Assembly (NCBI GenBank): GCA_045806805.1
Contig: JBJMIQ010000134.1
Span: 1-61,482, forward strand
Direction: 5' to 3'
Source of the DNA: Nocardioides sp.
Lineage (GTDB): Bacteria; Actinomycetota; Actinomycetes; Propionibacteriales; Nocardioidaceae
DNA length: 61,482 nt
The notes beneath the pieces were generated by a model that made no database searches, was not told where the DNA came from, and worked only from the letters and a program-made list of their open reading frames with translations. Positions 18,707 through 28,551 of the stretch are shown here, piece by piece (position 1 is the stretch's first letter; each line of letters begins with the position of its first letter). Both the position numbers and the translations under genes were made by a program.

Positions 18707-19782
18707 CCCACCTCAACACCCTGACCCGCACCTGGAAGGACCAGCACGGGGGCGACCTCGACCTGCGACTCACCGACACCTGCCTGCGCGACGGGTCGCA
18801 CCACAAGCGGCACCAGTTCACCGCCCAGGAGGTCCACGACATCGTCGAGGCGCTTGATGCCTCCGGCATCCCGGTGATCGAGGTGACCCACGGTGACGGC
18901 CTCGGCGGGTCGTCGTTCAACTACGGCTTCTCGAAGACTCCGGAGCAGGAGCTGATCCGGATCGCGGCGGAGACCGCGAAGACCGCCCGGATCGCCTTCC
19001 TGATGCTGCCCGGCGTCGGTACCAAGGACGACATCCGCGCCGCCCAGGACAACGGCGGCGAGATCTGCCGGATCGCGACCCACTGCACCGAGGCCGACAC
19101 CTCGATCCAGCACTTCGGGCTGGCCCGGGAGCTGGGACTGGAGACGGTCGGCTTCCTGATGATGAGCCACACCCAGCCGCCCGAGGTGCTTGCGAAGCAG
19201 GCCCGGATCATGGTCGACGCCGGCTGCCAGTGCGTCTACGTGGTCGACTCGGCCGGCGCGCTGATCATGGAGCAGACCGCCGACAGGGTCTCCGCCATCG
19301 TGAGCGAGATCGGGGACCAGGCCGACGTCGGGTTCCACGGCCACGAGAACCTCGGCCTCGGCGTCGCCAACACCGTCATCGCGGCCCGGGCCGGGGCGAC
19401 CCAGATCGACGGGTCGGTCCGCCGCTTCGGCGCCGGCGCCGGCAACACGCCGCTGGAGGCGTTCATCGGGGTGTGCGACAAACTGGGCTGGCGGACCGGG
19501 GTCGACTTCCTCCAGATAGTCGACGCCTCTGAGGACGTCATCAAGCCGGCCATGCCCGAGGAGTGCCAGCTGGACCGGATGACGCTGATGATGGGGTACG
19601 CCGGTGTTTACAGCTCGTTCCTGAAACATGCCGGCAACGCTGCTGACCGCTACGGCGTCTCCGGTGCGAAGATCCTGCTCGAGGCCGGCCGGCGCAAGCT
19701 GATCGGCGGCCAGGAGGACCAGCTCATCGACATCGCGCTCATGCTCAAGGCCGAACAGGACAAGGAAACGGCCAACTCCTAG
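18703..19782 (+). CDS. hsaF: 4-hydroxy-2-oxovalerate/hexanoate aldolase
   Basis: [46 protein letters not shown]. Confidence 0.95.
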   Translation: MTHLNTLTRTWKDQHGGDLDLRLTDTCLRDGSHHKRHQFTAQEVHDIVEALDASGIPVIEVTHGDGLGGSSFNYGFSKTPEQELIRIAAETAKTARIAFLMLPGVGTKDDIRAAQDNGGEICRIATHCTEADTSIQHFGLARELGLETVGFLMMSHTQPPEVLAKQARIMVDAGCQCVYVVDSAGALIMEQTADRVSAIVSEIGDQADVGFHGHENLGLGVANTVIAARAGATQIDGSVRRFGAGAGNTPLEAFIGVCDKLGWRTGVDFLQIVDASEDVIKPAMPEECQLDRMTLMMGYAGVYSSFLKHAGNAADRYGVSGAKILLEAGRRKLIGGQEDQLIDIALMLKAEQDKETANS

Positions 19783-19800
19783 GTCAAACCCTTGGCGTTC

Positions 19801-19822
19801 TGTCGGAGGCCGGTGGCAGGGT
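19801..19822 (+). promoter_or_regulatory. Possible PafBC/RecA-NDp-type promoter
   Basis: TGTCGG-N10-CAGGGT, 7 nt before ATG 19830. The known consensus is TGTCGG-N10-TANNNT. Confidence 0.35.
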
Positions 19823-19829
19823 GACCGGC

Positions 19830-20213
19830 ATGGCATCCCGCGCGTCCAACTTCTGCATCGACTCCGCCGACCCCTACGCCCAGACCATGTGGTGGGCGAA
19901 GGTCCTCGAGGACTTCACCGTCGAGGGCGACTGGGAGATGAAGCCCGACGACGAGGAGTGCGGCCTGGCCGGCCCCGACGATCGCTACCTGTTGTTCCTC
20001 AAGGTCCCCGAGCCCAAGACGGTCAAGAACCGCATGCACATCTGTCTGCGGCCCACCGACCGCACCCGCGACGAGGAGGTCGACCGGATCCTCGAGCTCG
20101 GCGCCACCCTGGTCGACGACCTGCGCAAGGGCCCGGACAAGGGGTGGGCGGTGCTCGCCGATCCCGAGGGCAACGAGTTCTGCGTGCTGACGCCGTACCA
20201 GCCAGGCTCTTGA
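19830..20213 (+). CDS. VOC/glyoxalase-like family protein
   Basis: FLKVPEPKTVKNRMHICL, LGAT, WAVLADPEGNEFCV. Confidence 0.88.
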   Translation: MASRASNFCIDSADPYAQTMWWAKVLEDFTVEGDWEMKPDDEECGLAGPDDRYLLFLKVPEPKTVKNRMHICLRPTDRTRDEEVDRILELGATLVDDLRKGPDKGWAVLADPEGNEFCVLTPYQPGS

Positions 20214-20220
20214 CGCCTGT

Positions 20221-20236
20221 TCGAACATATGTTCTA
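20221..20236. promoter_or_regulatory. LexA (SOS) box
   Basis: TCGAACATATGTTCTA versus the actinobacterial TCGAAC-N4-GTTCGA; TTGACG at 20210-20215 upstream. Confidence 0.7.
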
Positions 20237-20386
20237 ATAGATGTAGAGCGCACGACCTGCACGACGTGTTCCCAGTAATCTCGCCGCCGCGCTCCGGCAG
20301 TTCGCCCGCGGGCGCACTGGGTTCGACGACTTGGGTGGAGCCGGCAATGCCCCGGACATAGTCGATCGAACCTGTCGGGGGCGCGC

Positions 20387-21619
20387 ATGGAGACGCAGTC
20401 ACATCCGGTGGTCGCCACGGCGGCCGCCGTCGAGGACGCGCTGAAGAACGTCACCGACCTGGACCCCACTTTCATGTCCACCTCGGACAAGAAGGCGGCG
20501 TTGCTGGCTCTGGACCGGGCCTCGGGGCAGCTGGAGGAGCTTCGGCTGCGGGTGATGGCCGCGGCCGAGGACGTGGCGGTCGACAGTGCCGCGCGGGACG
20601 TCGCCGCCTGGCTGGCCCACCACGGCCGCCGGGATCGGGGTGCAGCGCGGCGCGACCTGCGACTGGCCCAGGCGCTGCAGACGCGGTGGCTGGTGGTGGG
20701 CCGGGCGCTGCGCGAGGCCGACGCCAACCGCGAGCAGGCCGAGGTGATCGTCGCCGCCCTCGAGGCGCTGCCCTGCGACCTCGACCCCGAGCTCGTGGCC
20801 CAGGCGGAGCAGCGGCTGGTGACCGAGGCTTCCCGGTTCGGACCTCGACACCTGCGGATCCTGGGTCGCAGGATCCTCGACGTGGTCGCGCCCGAGGTGG
20901 CCGAGGACCACGAGCGCCGGGCGCTGGAACGCGAGGAGCTCCACGCCGCCAAGGTCACTGCCCTGACCAGCCGGAGGCGCGGCGACGGCACCACCGAGCT
21001 GCGGATCCGGGTGGCGGACCTGGTGGCGGACCGCCTGCTCACCTACCTGCACGCCTTCACCTCGCCCCGACGCGAGCGCTCGAGTGCGCCTGCGCCGGGC
21101 GACCGCCGCCCCTACGACCAGAAGCTGGGGCACGCGTTCGCCGCTTTCCTGGAGTCGGTGGACCCGAAGCGGCTGCCGCTGCACGGCGGTGATGCCACCA
21201 CCCTCATGATCACGATCGACCATGACCGCCTTCGTGACGGCCTCGGCACCGCCCTGGTCGGTGACACCCCGATCACCGCCGGCGAGGCCCGCCGCCTGGC
21301 CTGCACCGCCAACCTTCTTCCCGCCGTGCTGGGCGGCGAGTCCGAGCTCCTCGACCTCGGCCGCGCCCGCCGTCTGTTCAGCCCCGCCCAACGCAAGGCG
21401 ATGGCGATCCGCGACGTCACCTGCCGCGCCGAAGGCTGCGATATCCCTGCTCACTGGTGCGAGGCTCACCATGCCGCCGCGCCCTGGAACGCCGGCGGCC
21501 GCACCGACCTCGCCGATGGACTCCTGCTCTGCTCCTGGCACCACCACCGCGCCCACGACCACCGCTACCGCGTCGAACGCACCGGCGACCGACGCCTCAC
21601 CTTCCACCGCCGGACATAG
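20387..21619 (+). CDS. DUF222 + HNH endonuclease (REP13E12-like family)
   Basis: ARRLACTA, LDLGRARRLFSPAQRKAMAIRD, CRAEGC, CEAHH, GGRTDL, LLCSWHH. Confidence 0.9.
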   Translation: METQSHPVVATAAAVEDALKNVTDLDPTFMSTSDKKAALLALDRASGQLEELRLRVMAAAEDVAVDSAARDVAAWLAHHGRRDRGAARRDLRLAQALQTRWLVVGRALREADANREQAEVIVAALEALPCDLDPELVAQAEQRLVTEASRFGPRHLRILGRRILDVVAPEVAEDHERRALEREELHAAKVTALTSRRRGDGTTELRIRVADLVADRLLTYLHAFTSPRRERSSAPAPGDRRPYDQKLGHAFAAFLESVDPKRLPLHGGDATTLMITIDHDRLRDGLGTALVGDTPITAGEARRLACTANLLPAVLGGESELLDLGRARRLFSPAQRKAMAIRDVTCRAEGCDIPAHWCEAHHAAAPWNAGGRTDLADGLLLCSWHHHRAHDHRYRVERTGDRRLTFHRRT

Positions 21620-21666
21620 ACGGGTTTGAACCCCGGTCCGGGCGCGGATCGCCGTACTCTGATGCC

Positions 21667-21852
21667 GTGAGGATCTTCCAGCGCCGACGCCGGCCAGCAC
21701 CGGCGACGAAAGCGGCAGCCCTCGCAGCTGCACGGAGAGCCACCGCGCAACTGCGGCGGAGGGACGCCAAAGCCAGGCGCTACCAAGCCAGGAAGCAGGC
21801 CAACCCAGCCGACCGAATGACACCCAACCAGTGGGCCGGGGGCGGCAGCTAG
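21667..21852 (+). CDS. Putative 61-aa basic hypothetical protein
   Basis: TACTCT-N6-GTG leaderless-type start; Arg/Ala-rich sequence. Confidence 0.4.
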   Translation: MRIFQRRRRPAPATKAAALAAARRATAQLRRRDAKARRYQARKQANPADRMTPNQWAGGGS

Positions 21853-21971
21853 CCGACATCGACGTCCAGGTCCTGAATCGTCCCCTCATGCCGCGCAGGG
21901 TGCGATCGCACCGTTGACGGCCGAGCCATATTGGAGTGATTCCTGATCCAGAGTCGGGCAGGCTTGCTGCC

Positions 21972-22871
21972 GTGTCGACTGCGGATGCTCAGATGCGGGC
22001 CTACTACGAGCAGGGCAAAGAGCAAGACCGGCTCGCCGGGGCGAAGGGGGTCCTGGAGTTCGAGAGGTCCAAGGAGATCGTCCAACGTCGGCTGCCACGT
22101 GCCCCAGCGGCCGTCGCCGACATCGGTGGTGGACCCGGCCGCTACGCCTTGTGGCTTGCCGAACAGGGTTACACCGTGCAGCACCGCGACCTCATGGAGC
22201 TCCATGTCGACCAGCTCCGGGCATCAGGAAACCCGTCAATCCAGGCCCGAGCCGGTGATGCGCGCAGAGTCGATCTTCCCGACTCGTCGGTCGATGCGGT
22301 CCTTCTGCTCGGTCCCCTGTACCACTTACCCGACCGGGAGGATCGGATCCAGGCGTTGAAGGAAGCCCGGCGAATCGTTCGTGACGGCGGCCCCGTCTTC
22401 GTCGCGGCCATCTCCAGATGGGCGCCGCGCCTCGACGGCGTCCTCCAGGAACGGCTCTACGAGCGAAGTCCGGACTTCCCATCCCTCCTGCCCGAGATCG
22501 AGCGCACCGGGAACCTCCCGCCGGTCGTGCCAAGCGGCTTCGTCGGCTACACCCACCGTCCGGGCGACCTGGTGGATGAGATCGCCGAAGCCGGTTTGCA
22601 GCTTGATGACCTCGTCGGCGTGGAAGGTCTGCCGTTGGCCGGAACGGACATGGAGTCCCGGGTCGGCGACCAAGGCGCCTGGGACGTGCTCCTCGACGCG
22701 GCACGAGCGATCGAACGAGTTCCCGAGTTGCTTGGTCTCAGCCCGCACCTGATCGCTACGGCCACGCGAGTGCTGGCTAGACCCGCGCCGCGGAGAACCA
22801 GGCGACGTCGCCCCCGGTCGTCGTGGCAGGGTGGCATCAAGGGACGCGTGCAACGGATCGAGGTCGGATGA
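21972..22871 (+). CDS. Class I SAM-dependent methyltransferase
   Basis: ADIGGGPGRY, GDAR, DAVLLLGPLYHL; atypical Arg-rich tail. Confidence 0.88.
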   Translation: MSTADAQMRAYYEQGKEQDRLAGAKGVLEFERSKEIVQRRLPRAPAAVADIGGGPGRYALWLAEQGYTVQHRDLMELHVDQLRASGNPSIQARAGDARRVDLPDSSVDAVLLLGPLYHLPDREDRIQALKEARRIVRDGGPVFVAAISRWAPRLDGVLQERLYERSPDFPSLLPEIERTGNLPPVVPSGFVGYTHRPGDLVDEIAEAGLQLDDLVGVEGLPLAGTDMESRVGDQGAWDVLLDAARAIERVPELLGLSPHLIATATRVLARPAPRRTRRRRPRSSWQGGIKGRVQRIEVG

Positions 22872-23689
22872 AGGTCTTCATCTCGTCGGACATGGAAGGC
22901 ACCGCTGGTGTCGTGGACTGGTCCCAGTGCTTGCTGGGCGAGCCGGAGTACGACTACTACCGAACCCTCCTGCAGGCCGAGGTGAACGCCGCGATCGAAG
23001 GCGCGATTTCAGCGGGCGCGCACGCCTTTCTCGTCAACGACTCGCACTCGAAGATGCAGAACCTGCGACCGGACACGTTGGCGGGGCACGCGCGCTACCT
23101 CTCCGGCTCCCACAAGCCGATGTACATGATGGAGGGCCTCGACGCATCGTTCGACGCGATCTTCTTCGTGTCCTACCACGGCTCCATGTCCACGTCGTCG
23201 CCGTTGTCGCACACCTACAACCCCCGGGCGATCAGCGAGGTCAACCTCAACGGCACCGTGGTCGGCGAGTCCGGCATCAACTCGCTGGTGGCCCTCGGGT
23301 ACGGCGTCCCGGTCGTGCTGGTCACCGGGGACGACATCACCGCCACTGAGGCGACCAGGGTCAACCCTGGGGTGCACACAGCCGTGGTGAAGACCGCCAT
23401 CTCACGCTTCGCCGCCGACAGCATGCATCCGGCGCAGGCATGCGACCTGATCCGGACCGAGGCCGAGGCGGCGATCGGCGCCCTCGCCGATGCCCAGCCC
23501 CCGTCGATCACCCTGCCGGCCACTCTGTCGGTCAGGTTTCGCAATCCGGACCTTGCCGAGATGGCGACGTGGATCACCGGCGTGCAGCGCTCGGGCAGCA
23601 CGACGAGCGAGATCGTCGACGAGGACCCGCTCCGGCTGTTCCGCAAGTTCGTCAGCGTGGTCCTGCTCACGCGCGGCATCGCGGAGTAG
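22868..23689 (+). CDS. M55 family D-aminopeptidase (DppA-like)
   Basis: MKVFISSDMEG, VNDSH, YHG, SHTY, GESGIN, VTGDD. Confidence 0.9.
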   Translation: MKVFISSDMEGTAGVVDWSQCLLGEPEYDYYRTLLQAEVNAAIEGAISAGAHAFLVNDSHSKMQNLRPDTLAGHARYLSGSHKPMYMMEGLDASFDAIFFVSYHGSMSTSSPLSHTYNPRAISEVNLNGTVVGESGINSLVALGYGVPVVLVTGDDITATEATRVNPGVHTAVVKTAISRFAADSMHPAQACDLIRTEAEAAIGALADAQPPSITLPATLSVRFRNPDLAEMATWITGVQRSGSTTSEIVDEDPLRLFRKFVSVVLLTRGIAE

Positions 23690-23696
23690 CGGATCG

Positions 23697-24806
23697 CTAA
23701 CCCTGCCTCCTGGGCTGAGCCGCCACGAGCCGTGAGTGCTGGGACGGCTCATGAACCGGGGCGTTCTCGAGCAGGAGTACGGCGAGGTCATCGCTGAGCT
23801 CACCCCCGGGGACGTGTGCGCGGACGCGGTCCACGAGCGTGTCGATCGCTTCCTCCACGTGACCCTGGGCCAGCAGCGGAGCCGCTTCCAGGATCGGGAA
23901 GAACTCGCCGCGGCCGTCGCGTGCCTCGCTCAGGCCGTCGGTGTAGAGCAGGACCCTGTCTCCGGGCCGCCACGCGAAGCTCGCGGCGTCGGTGCTCTCA
24001 CCCACACCGAGCGGCATCCCGGCCGGAGCCTCGAGGAACTGCGCGAACCCGTTGGCCCGCACCAGCACCGCTGGTGGGTGACCGCAGCTGGTCAAGTTGA
24101 TCGTGTCCGGTTCGGTCAGGTCCACCAGGAGGGCGGTGGCGAACTCCTCCTCGCCCAGGAACGGGATCAGGTAGGAGTTCATGTCGTGGGCCGCCTCCGT
24201 CAGCGTCGCCCGGACCGCGGCGGCCTGGCGGAACGCCCGGATCACCCGCGCAGCCTGCTCGACAGCTGCGAGCCCCTTGCCGCGGACGTCACCGACGATG
24301 AACCGCGTGTACCCCTCGGTGACGCTGCAGTCGTAGAGGTCCCCGCCCACGACCGCATCCTGCGCCGCCGACAGGTAGCGGGAGGAGATGTGGAGCCCTT
24401 CGGTCACGGCCGGGACGGTGGGGAGGATGGCGCGTTGCGCGGCCTCCGCGATCGCGGTGACCCGGGTCAGCCGCTGTTCGCGAAGGACGCGGACGCTGGC
24501 GACCACGACCGCGGCGGAGCTGACCAGGACGACGTCGAGCAGCCGGATCCACTGCTGGGCGTCGCCCAAGAGGTCGTTCCACCAGCCGGACCCCACGACC
24601 AAGAGGACGGCGGCCGCGGCGAAATAGGCGGTGACCCGAGGGGAGAGGACGCTGCAGGCGATCAGTGGCCCGACGGCGAACAGCGTGTCGGGCACCACGT
24701 CGTGCGGCAACACCAGGCCCCAGACGGCGACCATGGCAAGCCACGCGATGGCACCGACCGCCACGGAGGCGGCGAGGCGGTCACTGGTCGCGTGTGGGGG
24801 TTGCAT
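23697..24806 (-). CDS. Membrane-anchored PP2C/SpoIIE phosphatase
   Basis: N-terminal TM helices, VGGDLYD, VGDVRGKG, CGHPP, LYTDGLSEAR, DDLA. Confidence 0.88.
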   Translation of the reverse strand: MQPPHATSDRLAASVAVGAIAWLAMVAVWGLVLPHDVVPDTLFAVGPLIACSVLSPRVTAYFAAAAVLLVVGSGWWNDLLGDAQQWIRLLDVVLVSSAAVVVASVRVLREQRLTRVTAIAEAAQRAILPTVPAVTEGLHISSRYLSAAQDAVVGGDLYDCSVTEGYTRFIVGDVRGKGLAAVEQAARVIRAFRQAAAVRATLTEAAHDMNSYLIPFLGEEEFATALLVDLTEPDTINLTSCGHPPAVLVRANGFAQFLEAPAGMPLGVGESTDAASFAWRPGDRVLLYTDGLSEARDGRGEFFPILEAAPLLAQGHVEEAIDTLVDRVRAHVPGGELSDDLAVLLLENAPVHEPSQHSRLVAAQPRRQG

Positions 24807-24913
24807 GGGGTCTCCGTGAGTCAGGTCTGGCATCAGAATCGTGCCACTGAAAAGCGCGGTCATGTGCCGTTCTGCAGGTTCCGTGCACGGTCCGTCGTGG
24901 CATGGTGAGCGCC

Positions 24914-25483
24914 ATGGCCGATCCGAAAGAGACGCTGGTCCGCTATCTCCAGGGAGCCCGCGACTCCATCCTCTGGAAGCTCGAGGGACTCTCCGAGTAC
25001 GACGCCCGGCGCCCGCTGACCCCGACCGGCACCAACCTGCTCGGACTGGTCAAGCACCTGGCCAGCGTCGAGCTCGGCTACTTCGGCGACACCTTTGACC
25101 GCCCGAGCGACATCGAGCTGCCGTGGTACTCCGAGGACGCCGACCTGAACGCGGACATGTGGCTCACGCCCGACCAGTCCCGTGAGTGGGTGGTCGACCT
25201 CTACCACCGGGCCTGGGCACACGCCGCGGCAACCTTCGCGGCGTGCGAGCTCGACACCGTCGGACATGTGGCCCACTGGGGCGGGGAGGCGGTCACCCTC
25301 CACCAGATGCTGGTTCACGTGGCGACCGAGACGCACCACCACGCGGGGCACGCCGACATCCTGCGCGAGATGGTCGACGGAGCAACCGGCTTCCTGACCA
25401 CCGCCTCCAACCTGCCCGGCGACGGCTACGACTGGGAGGCCCATGTCGCGAAGATCGAGGCGGCTGCCGCCACCTACAGGTGA
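24914..25483 (+). CDS. DinB/DUF664 family protein
   Basis: PTGTNLLGLVKHLASVELGYF, ETHHHAGHADILRE. Confidence 0.85.
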   Translation: MADPKETLVRYLQGARDSILWKLEGLSEYDARRPLTPTGTNLLGLVKHLASVELGYFGDTFDRPSDIELPWYSEDADLNADMWLTPDQSREWVVDLYHRAWAHAAATFAACELDTVGHVAHWGGEAVTLHQMLVHVATETHHHAGHADILREMVDGATGFLTTASNLPGDGYDWEAHVAKIEAAAATYR

Positions 25484-25507
25484 GGGCCGCGATTCCTCGA
25501 CCAAAAC

Positions 25508-25521
25508 GAGAACGTGTTCTA
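25508..25521. promoter_or_regulatory. KstR operator
   Basis: GAGAACGTGTTCTA (one mismatch) overlapping TAGTAT; upstream of hsaA. Confidence 0.85.
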
Positions 25522-25558
25522 GTATTGCGGGTGACCGAACCACGACAGGAGATCCCGC

Positions 25559-26743
25559 ATGTCTCAGGCTGTTCTCGACGGCGCCCAGGTTCTTTCGGGG
25601 GTCCGCGACCTGCTGCCCACGATCCGGGAGCGGGCCGATGACGCGGAGCGGGCCCGCGTCGTACCCGAGGCCTCCGTCAAGGAGCTCGAGGAGGCCGGCT
25701 TCTTCCGGATGCTCCAGCCCCGTCAGTACGACGGTCTGGAGAGCGATCCGGTCGACTTCTTCACCGCCGTGCGCGACATCGCCGGCGCCTGTGGTTCCAC
25801 CGGCTGGATCGCCAGCGTCCTCGGGGTCCACCCCTGGCAGGTGGCGCTGTTCGACGAGGAGGCGCAGCGGGCAGTCTGGGGCGAGGACACCAGCACGCGG
25901 CTGAGCTCGTCGTATGCCCCCACGGGCAAGGCGGTCGTCGCCGACGGTGGCTTCACTCTGTCGGGGAAGTGGAGCTTCTCCTCGGGCTGCGACCACGCGA
26001 CCTGGGTGCTCCTGGGCGGGCTGGTCTTCGACCAGGAGGGCAACGTCGTCGACTTCCGGACCTTCCTCCTGCCCCGCGACAAGTACCAGATCGTCGACGT
26101 CTGGAACGTGGTCGGTCTGCGCGGCACCGGCTCCAACGACATCGTGGTCGAGGAGACGTTCGTCCCAGAGGCGTTCACGCTCTCGATGGGCGACACCGGC
26201 CGCTGCTACGGCCCGGGCCAGGCGGTCAACGACTCCGACCTCTACAAGCTGCCCTTCCACTCGCTGTTCACGACCACGATCTCCACGCCGATCATCGGCA
26301 TGGCCTACGGCGCCTACGCCGAGCACGTCGAGATGCAGCAGAAGCGGGTGCGTGCGGCGTACGCCGGCGAGAAGGCCAACCTCGACCCGTTCGCGGCAGT
26401 GCGCATCGCTCGCGCGTCCTCGGAGATCGACGCCGCTTGGGCGCTGACCATGAACAACATCCGCGACGAGCAGGCCCACGTGGCCCGGGGCGAGAAGATT
26501 CCGCTCGGCCTGCGGCTGAAGGTGCGTCGCGACCAGGTGCTCGGCACCCAACGCGCCATCGACGCCATCGACGACCTCTTCGAGGCCTCCGGCGGCCGAG
26601 CCCTCGCCGAGGGCACCTACCTGCAGCGAGCCTGGCGTGACGCCCACGCCGGTCGGGTCCACGCGGCCAACGATCCCGAGCGGGCGCTGCAGATGTACGG
26701 CGCCCACCAGTTCGGGCACAAGATCGACCCGGGGATGTACTGA
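25559..26743 (+). CDS. hsaA: 3-HSA monooxygenase, oxygenase subunit
   Basis: SSSYAP, WSFSSGCDHA, WNVVGLRGTGSN, RAWRDAHAGRVHAANDPE. Confidence 0.95.
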   Translation: MSQAVLDGAQVLSGVRDLLPTIRERADDAERARVVPEASVKELEEAGFFRMLQPRQYDGLESDPVDFFTAVRDIAGACGSTGWIASVLGVHPWQVALFDEEAQRAVWGEDTSTRLSSSYAPTGKAVVADGGFTLSGKWSFSSGCDHATWVLLGGLVFDQEGNVVDFRTFLLPRDKYQIVDVWNVVGLRGTGSNDIVVEETFVPEAFTLSMGDTGRCYGPGQAVNDSDLYKLPFHSLFTTTISTPIIGMAYGAYAEHVEMQQKRVRAAYAGEKANLDPFAAVRIARASSEIDAAWALTMNNIRDEQAHVARGEKIPLGLRLKVRRDQVLGTQRAIDAIDDLFEASGGRALAEGTYLQRAWRDAHAGRVHAANDPERALQMYGAHQFGHKIDPGMY

Positions 26744-27640
26744 GTGGCGACAACCCCGGGGGTCAGCAAGGAGTCCGCGCAGCGCTCCGCCAAGGCGCGG
26801 AACATCACGCTGAACTACTACGAAGCCGGCGAGCCGACCGAGGTCGGCGGCGGCCTGCCGTTGGTGATGCTGCACGGAGGCGGGCCAGGAGCCTCGGCGT
26901 GGTCCAACTTCGGACCGTCCCTGCCGCGGTTCGCCACGAAGTTCCGCACCCTGCTCGTCGACCAGCCCGGCTTCGGCGGCTCTGACCGGCCGCCGGTCGA
27001 GGGCAACTACTACCGTCACGCCGCCGACCACGTCGTCGCCCTGCTCGATGAGCTCGGCATCGGCCGGGTGCACCTCCTCGGCAACAGCCTCGGCGGCGGT
27101 ACGGCCATGCGGTTCGCCCTGAGTCATCCCGATCGGGTCGGGCGTCTGGTGCTGATGGGCCCGGGCGGTCTGTCGCTCAACCTCTTCCACGCTGATCCGA
27201 CCGAAGGCGTCCAGCGGCTGATGGACTTCGGCGCCAACCCCACGCGCGAGGCCCTGCGGGCGTTCATCTCCACGATGGTGGTCAACCAGGACCTGGTCAC
27301 CGACGAGCTGGTGGAGGAGCGGTTCGCCGATGCCACCGCGCCTGGCGCGCAGGAAGCCATGCGGGACATGGGGATGTCGTTCTGGAACCCGGAGACCGCC
27401 GAGGACGGCATGCTCTGGCGGGAGGCCCACCGCCTGCGACGGCACACCCTGCTCACCTGGGGCCGGGAGGACCGGGTGAACCCGATCGACGGCGCGTTCG
27501 CCGCGCTCAAGCTGATCCCCAAGGCGCAGCTGCACGTGTTCCCCAACTGCGGCCACTGGGCCCAGATCGAGGCTGCGGAGGAGTTCGCGGAGGTGACCAC
27601 GGTCTTTCTGGGAGGGCACAAGGAGAGGGAGAAGAAGTGA
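26744..27640 (+). CDS. hsaD: 4,9-DSHA meta-cleavage product hydrolase
   Basis: HGGGPGASAWSNF, GNSLGG, WGREDRVNP, CGHWAQ. Confidence 0.95.
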   Translation: MATTPGVSKESAQRSAKARNITLNYYEAGEPTEVGGGLPLVMLHGGGPGASAWSNFGPSLPRFATKFRTLLVDQPGFGGSDRPPVEGNYYRHAADHVVALLDELGIGRVHLLGNSLGGGTAMRFALSHPDRVGRLVLMGPGGLSLNLFHADPTEGVQRLMDFGANPTREALRAFISTMVVNQDLVTDELVEERFADATAPGAQEAMRDMGMSFWNPETAEDGMLWREAHRLRRHTLLTWGREDRVNPIDGAFAALKLIPKAQLHVFPNCGHWAQIEAAEEFAEVTTVFLGGHKEREKK

Positions 27641-28551
27641 GCATCGACATCAAGTCCATGGGCTACGCCCGGGTGGCCAGCACCGATCTGGACGCCTGGA
27701 AGCTGTTCGCCGGCAAGGTGCTCGGGCTTGCGGAAGCCCGCGGGCCTGCGGCTGCGCCGGGCTCGGGCAATCTCTATTACCGCATCGACGAGGTCTCGGC
27801 CAGGCTCGTCGTCTTCCCCTCCGACGTCGATCGTCTCGAGTGCGTCGGCTGGGAGCTGGCCGACCACGACGCACTGCAGGCGGCTCGGGAGCACCTGATC
27901 AAGGCGGGAGTCGACTTCGCCGAGGGCAGCCCGGAGGAGCTGGCCGAACGCCGGGTCCAGGAAATGATCCGCTTCGCGGATCCCTGGGACAACGTGTTCG
28001 AGCTGTTCCACGGCATCACCTACGAGGCGCGCCCGCTGGTCACGCCGTACGACAACAAGTTCGTCACCGGCGAGCAGGGGATGGGCCACGTGGTGATCCC
28101 GGTCGGAGACGACGAGGCGGCGCTGGAGTTCTACCGCGACACCCTCGGCTTCCGGCTGCGCGACTCGATGAGCATGCCCGGCGAGTTCGTCGGCAAGGAG
28201 CCCGGCACCAAGGCGTGGCTGCGGTTCCTGGGTTGCAACCCGCGCCACCACTCGTTGGCGTTCCTACCGATGCCCAACCCGGCGCGGTGCGTCCACATCA
28301 TGCTCGAGGTCGCGAAGCTCGACGACGTGGGCCGCGCCCTGGAGCGGGTGCGCAAGCACCAGGTGCCGCTCTCGGCCACGCTGGGCCGCCACATGAACGA
28401 CCAGATGGTGTCGTTCTACGTGAGATCGCCGGGCGGGTTCGACTTCGAGTACGGCACCGAGGGCCTGACCGTCGACGACGAGAAGTGGGTGGCCCGTGAG
28501 AGCACCGCGGTCTCCTACTGGGGCCACGACTTCAGCGTGGGCAGCAAGTGA
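27637..28551 (+). CDS. hsaC: 3,4-DHSA extradiol dioxygenase
   Basis: GMGHVV, CNPRHHSLAF, HIMLE, TLGRHMND, SFYVRSPGG, SYWGH. Confidence 0.95.
   Translation: MSIDIKSMGYARVASTDLDAWKLFAGKVLGLAEARGPAAAPGSGNLYYRIDEVSARLVVFPSDVDRLECVGWELADHDALQAAREHLIKAGVDFAEGSPEELAERRVQEMIRFADPWDNVFELFHGITYEARPLVTPYDNKFVTGEQGMGHVVIPVGDDEAALEFYRDTLGFRLRDSMSMPGEFVGKEPGTKAWLRFLGCNPRHHSLAFLPMPNPARCVHIMLEVAKLDDVGRALERVRKHQVPLSATLGRHMNDQMVSFYVRSPGGFDFEYGTEGLTVDDEKWVARESTAVSYWGHDFSVGSK

Noticed and set aside
20221-20236. Possible tenth KstR box
   Set aside because: The spacer between AAC and GTT is 4 nt, matching LexA rather than the 2-nt KstR spacing.
21899-21912. Perfect 14-bp palindrome GGTGCGATCGCACC
   Set aside because: Single copy, no U-tract or known motif; plausible by chance in GC-rich DNA.
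24860-27619. 919-aa minus-strand ORF and many similar long antisense ORFs
   Set aside because: Antisense shadows of hsaA/hsaD and other genes, expected from high-GC codon bias; no recognisable motifs.
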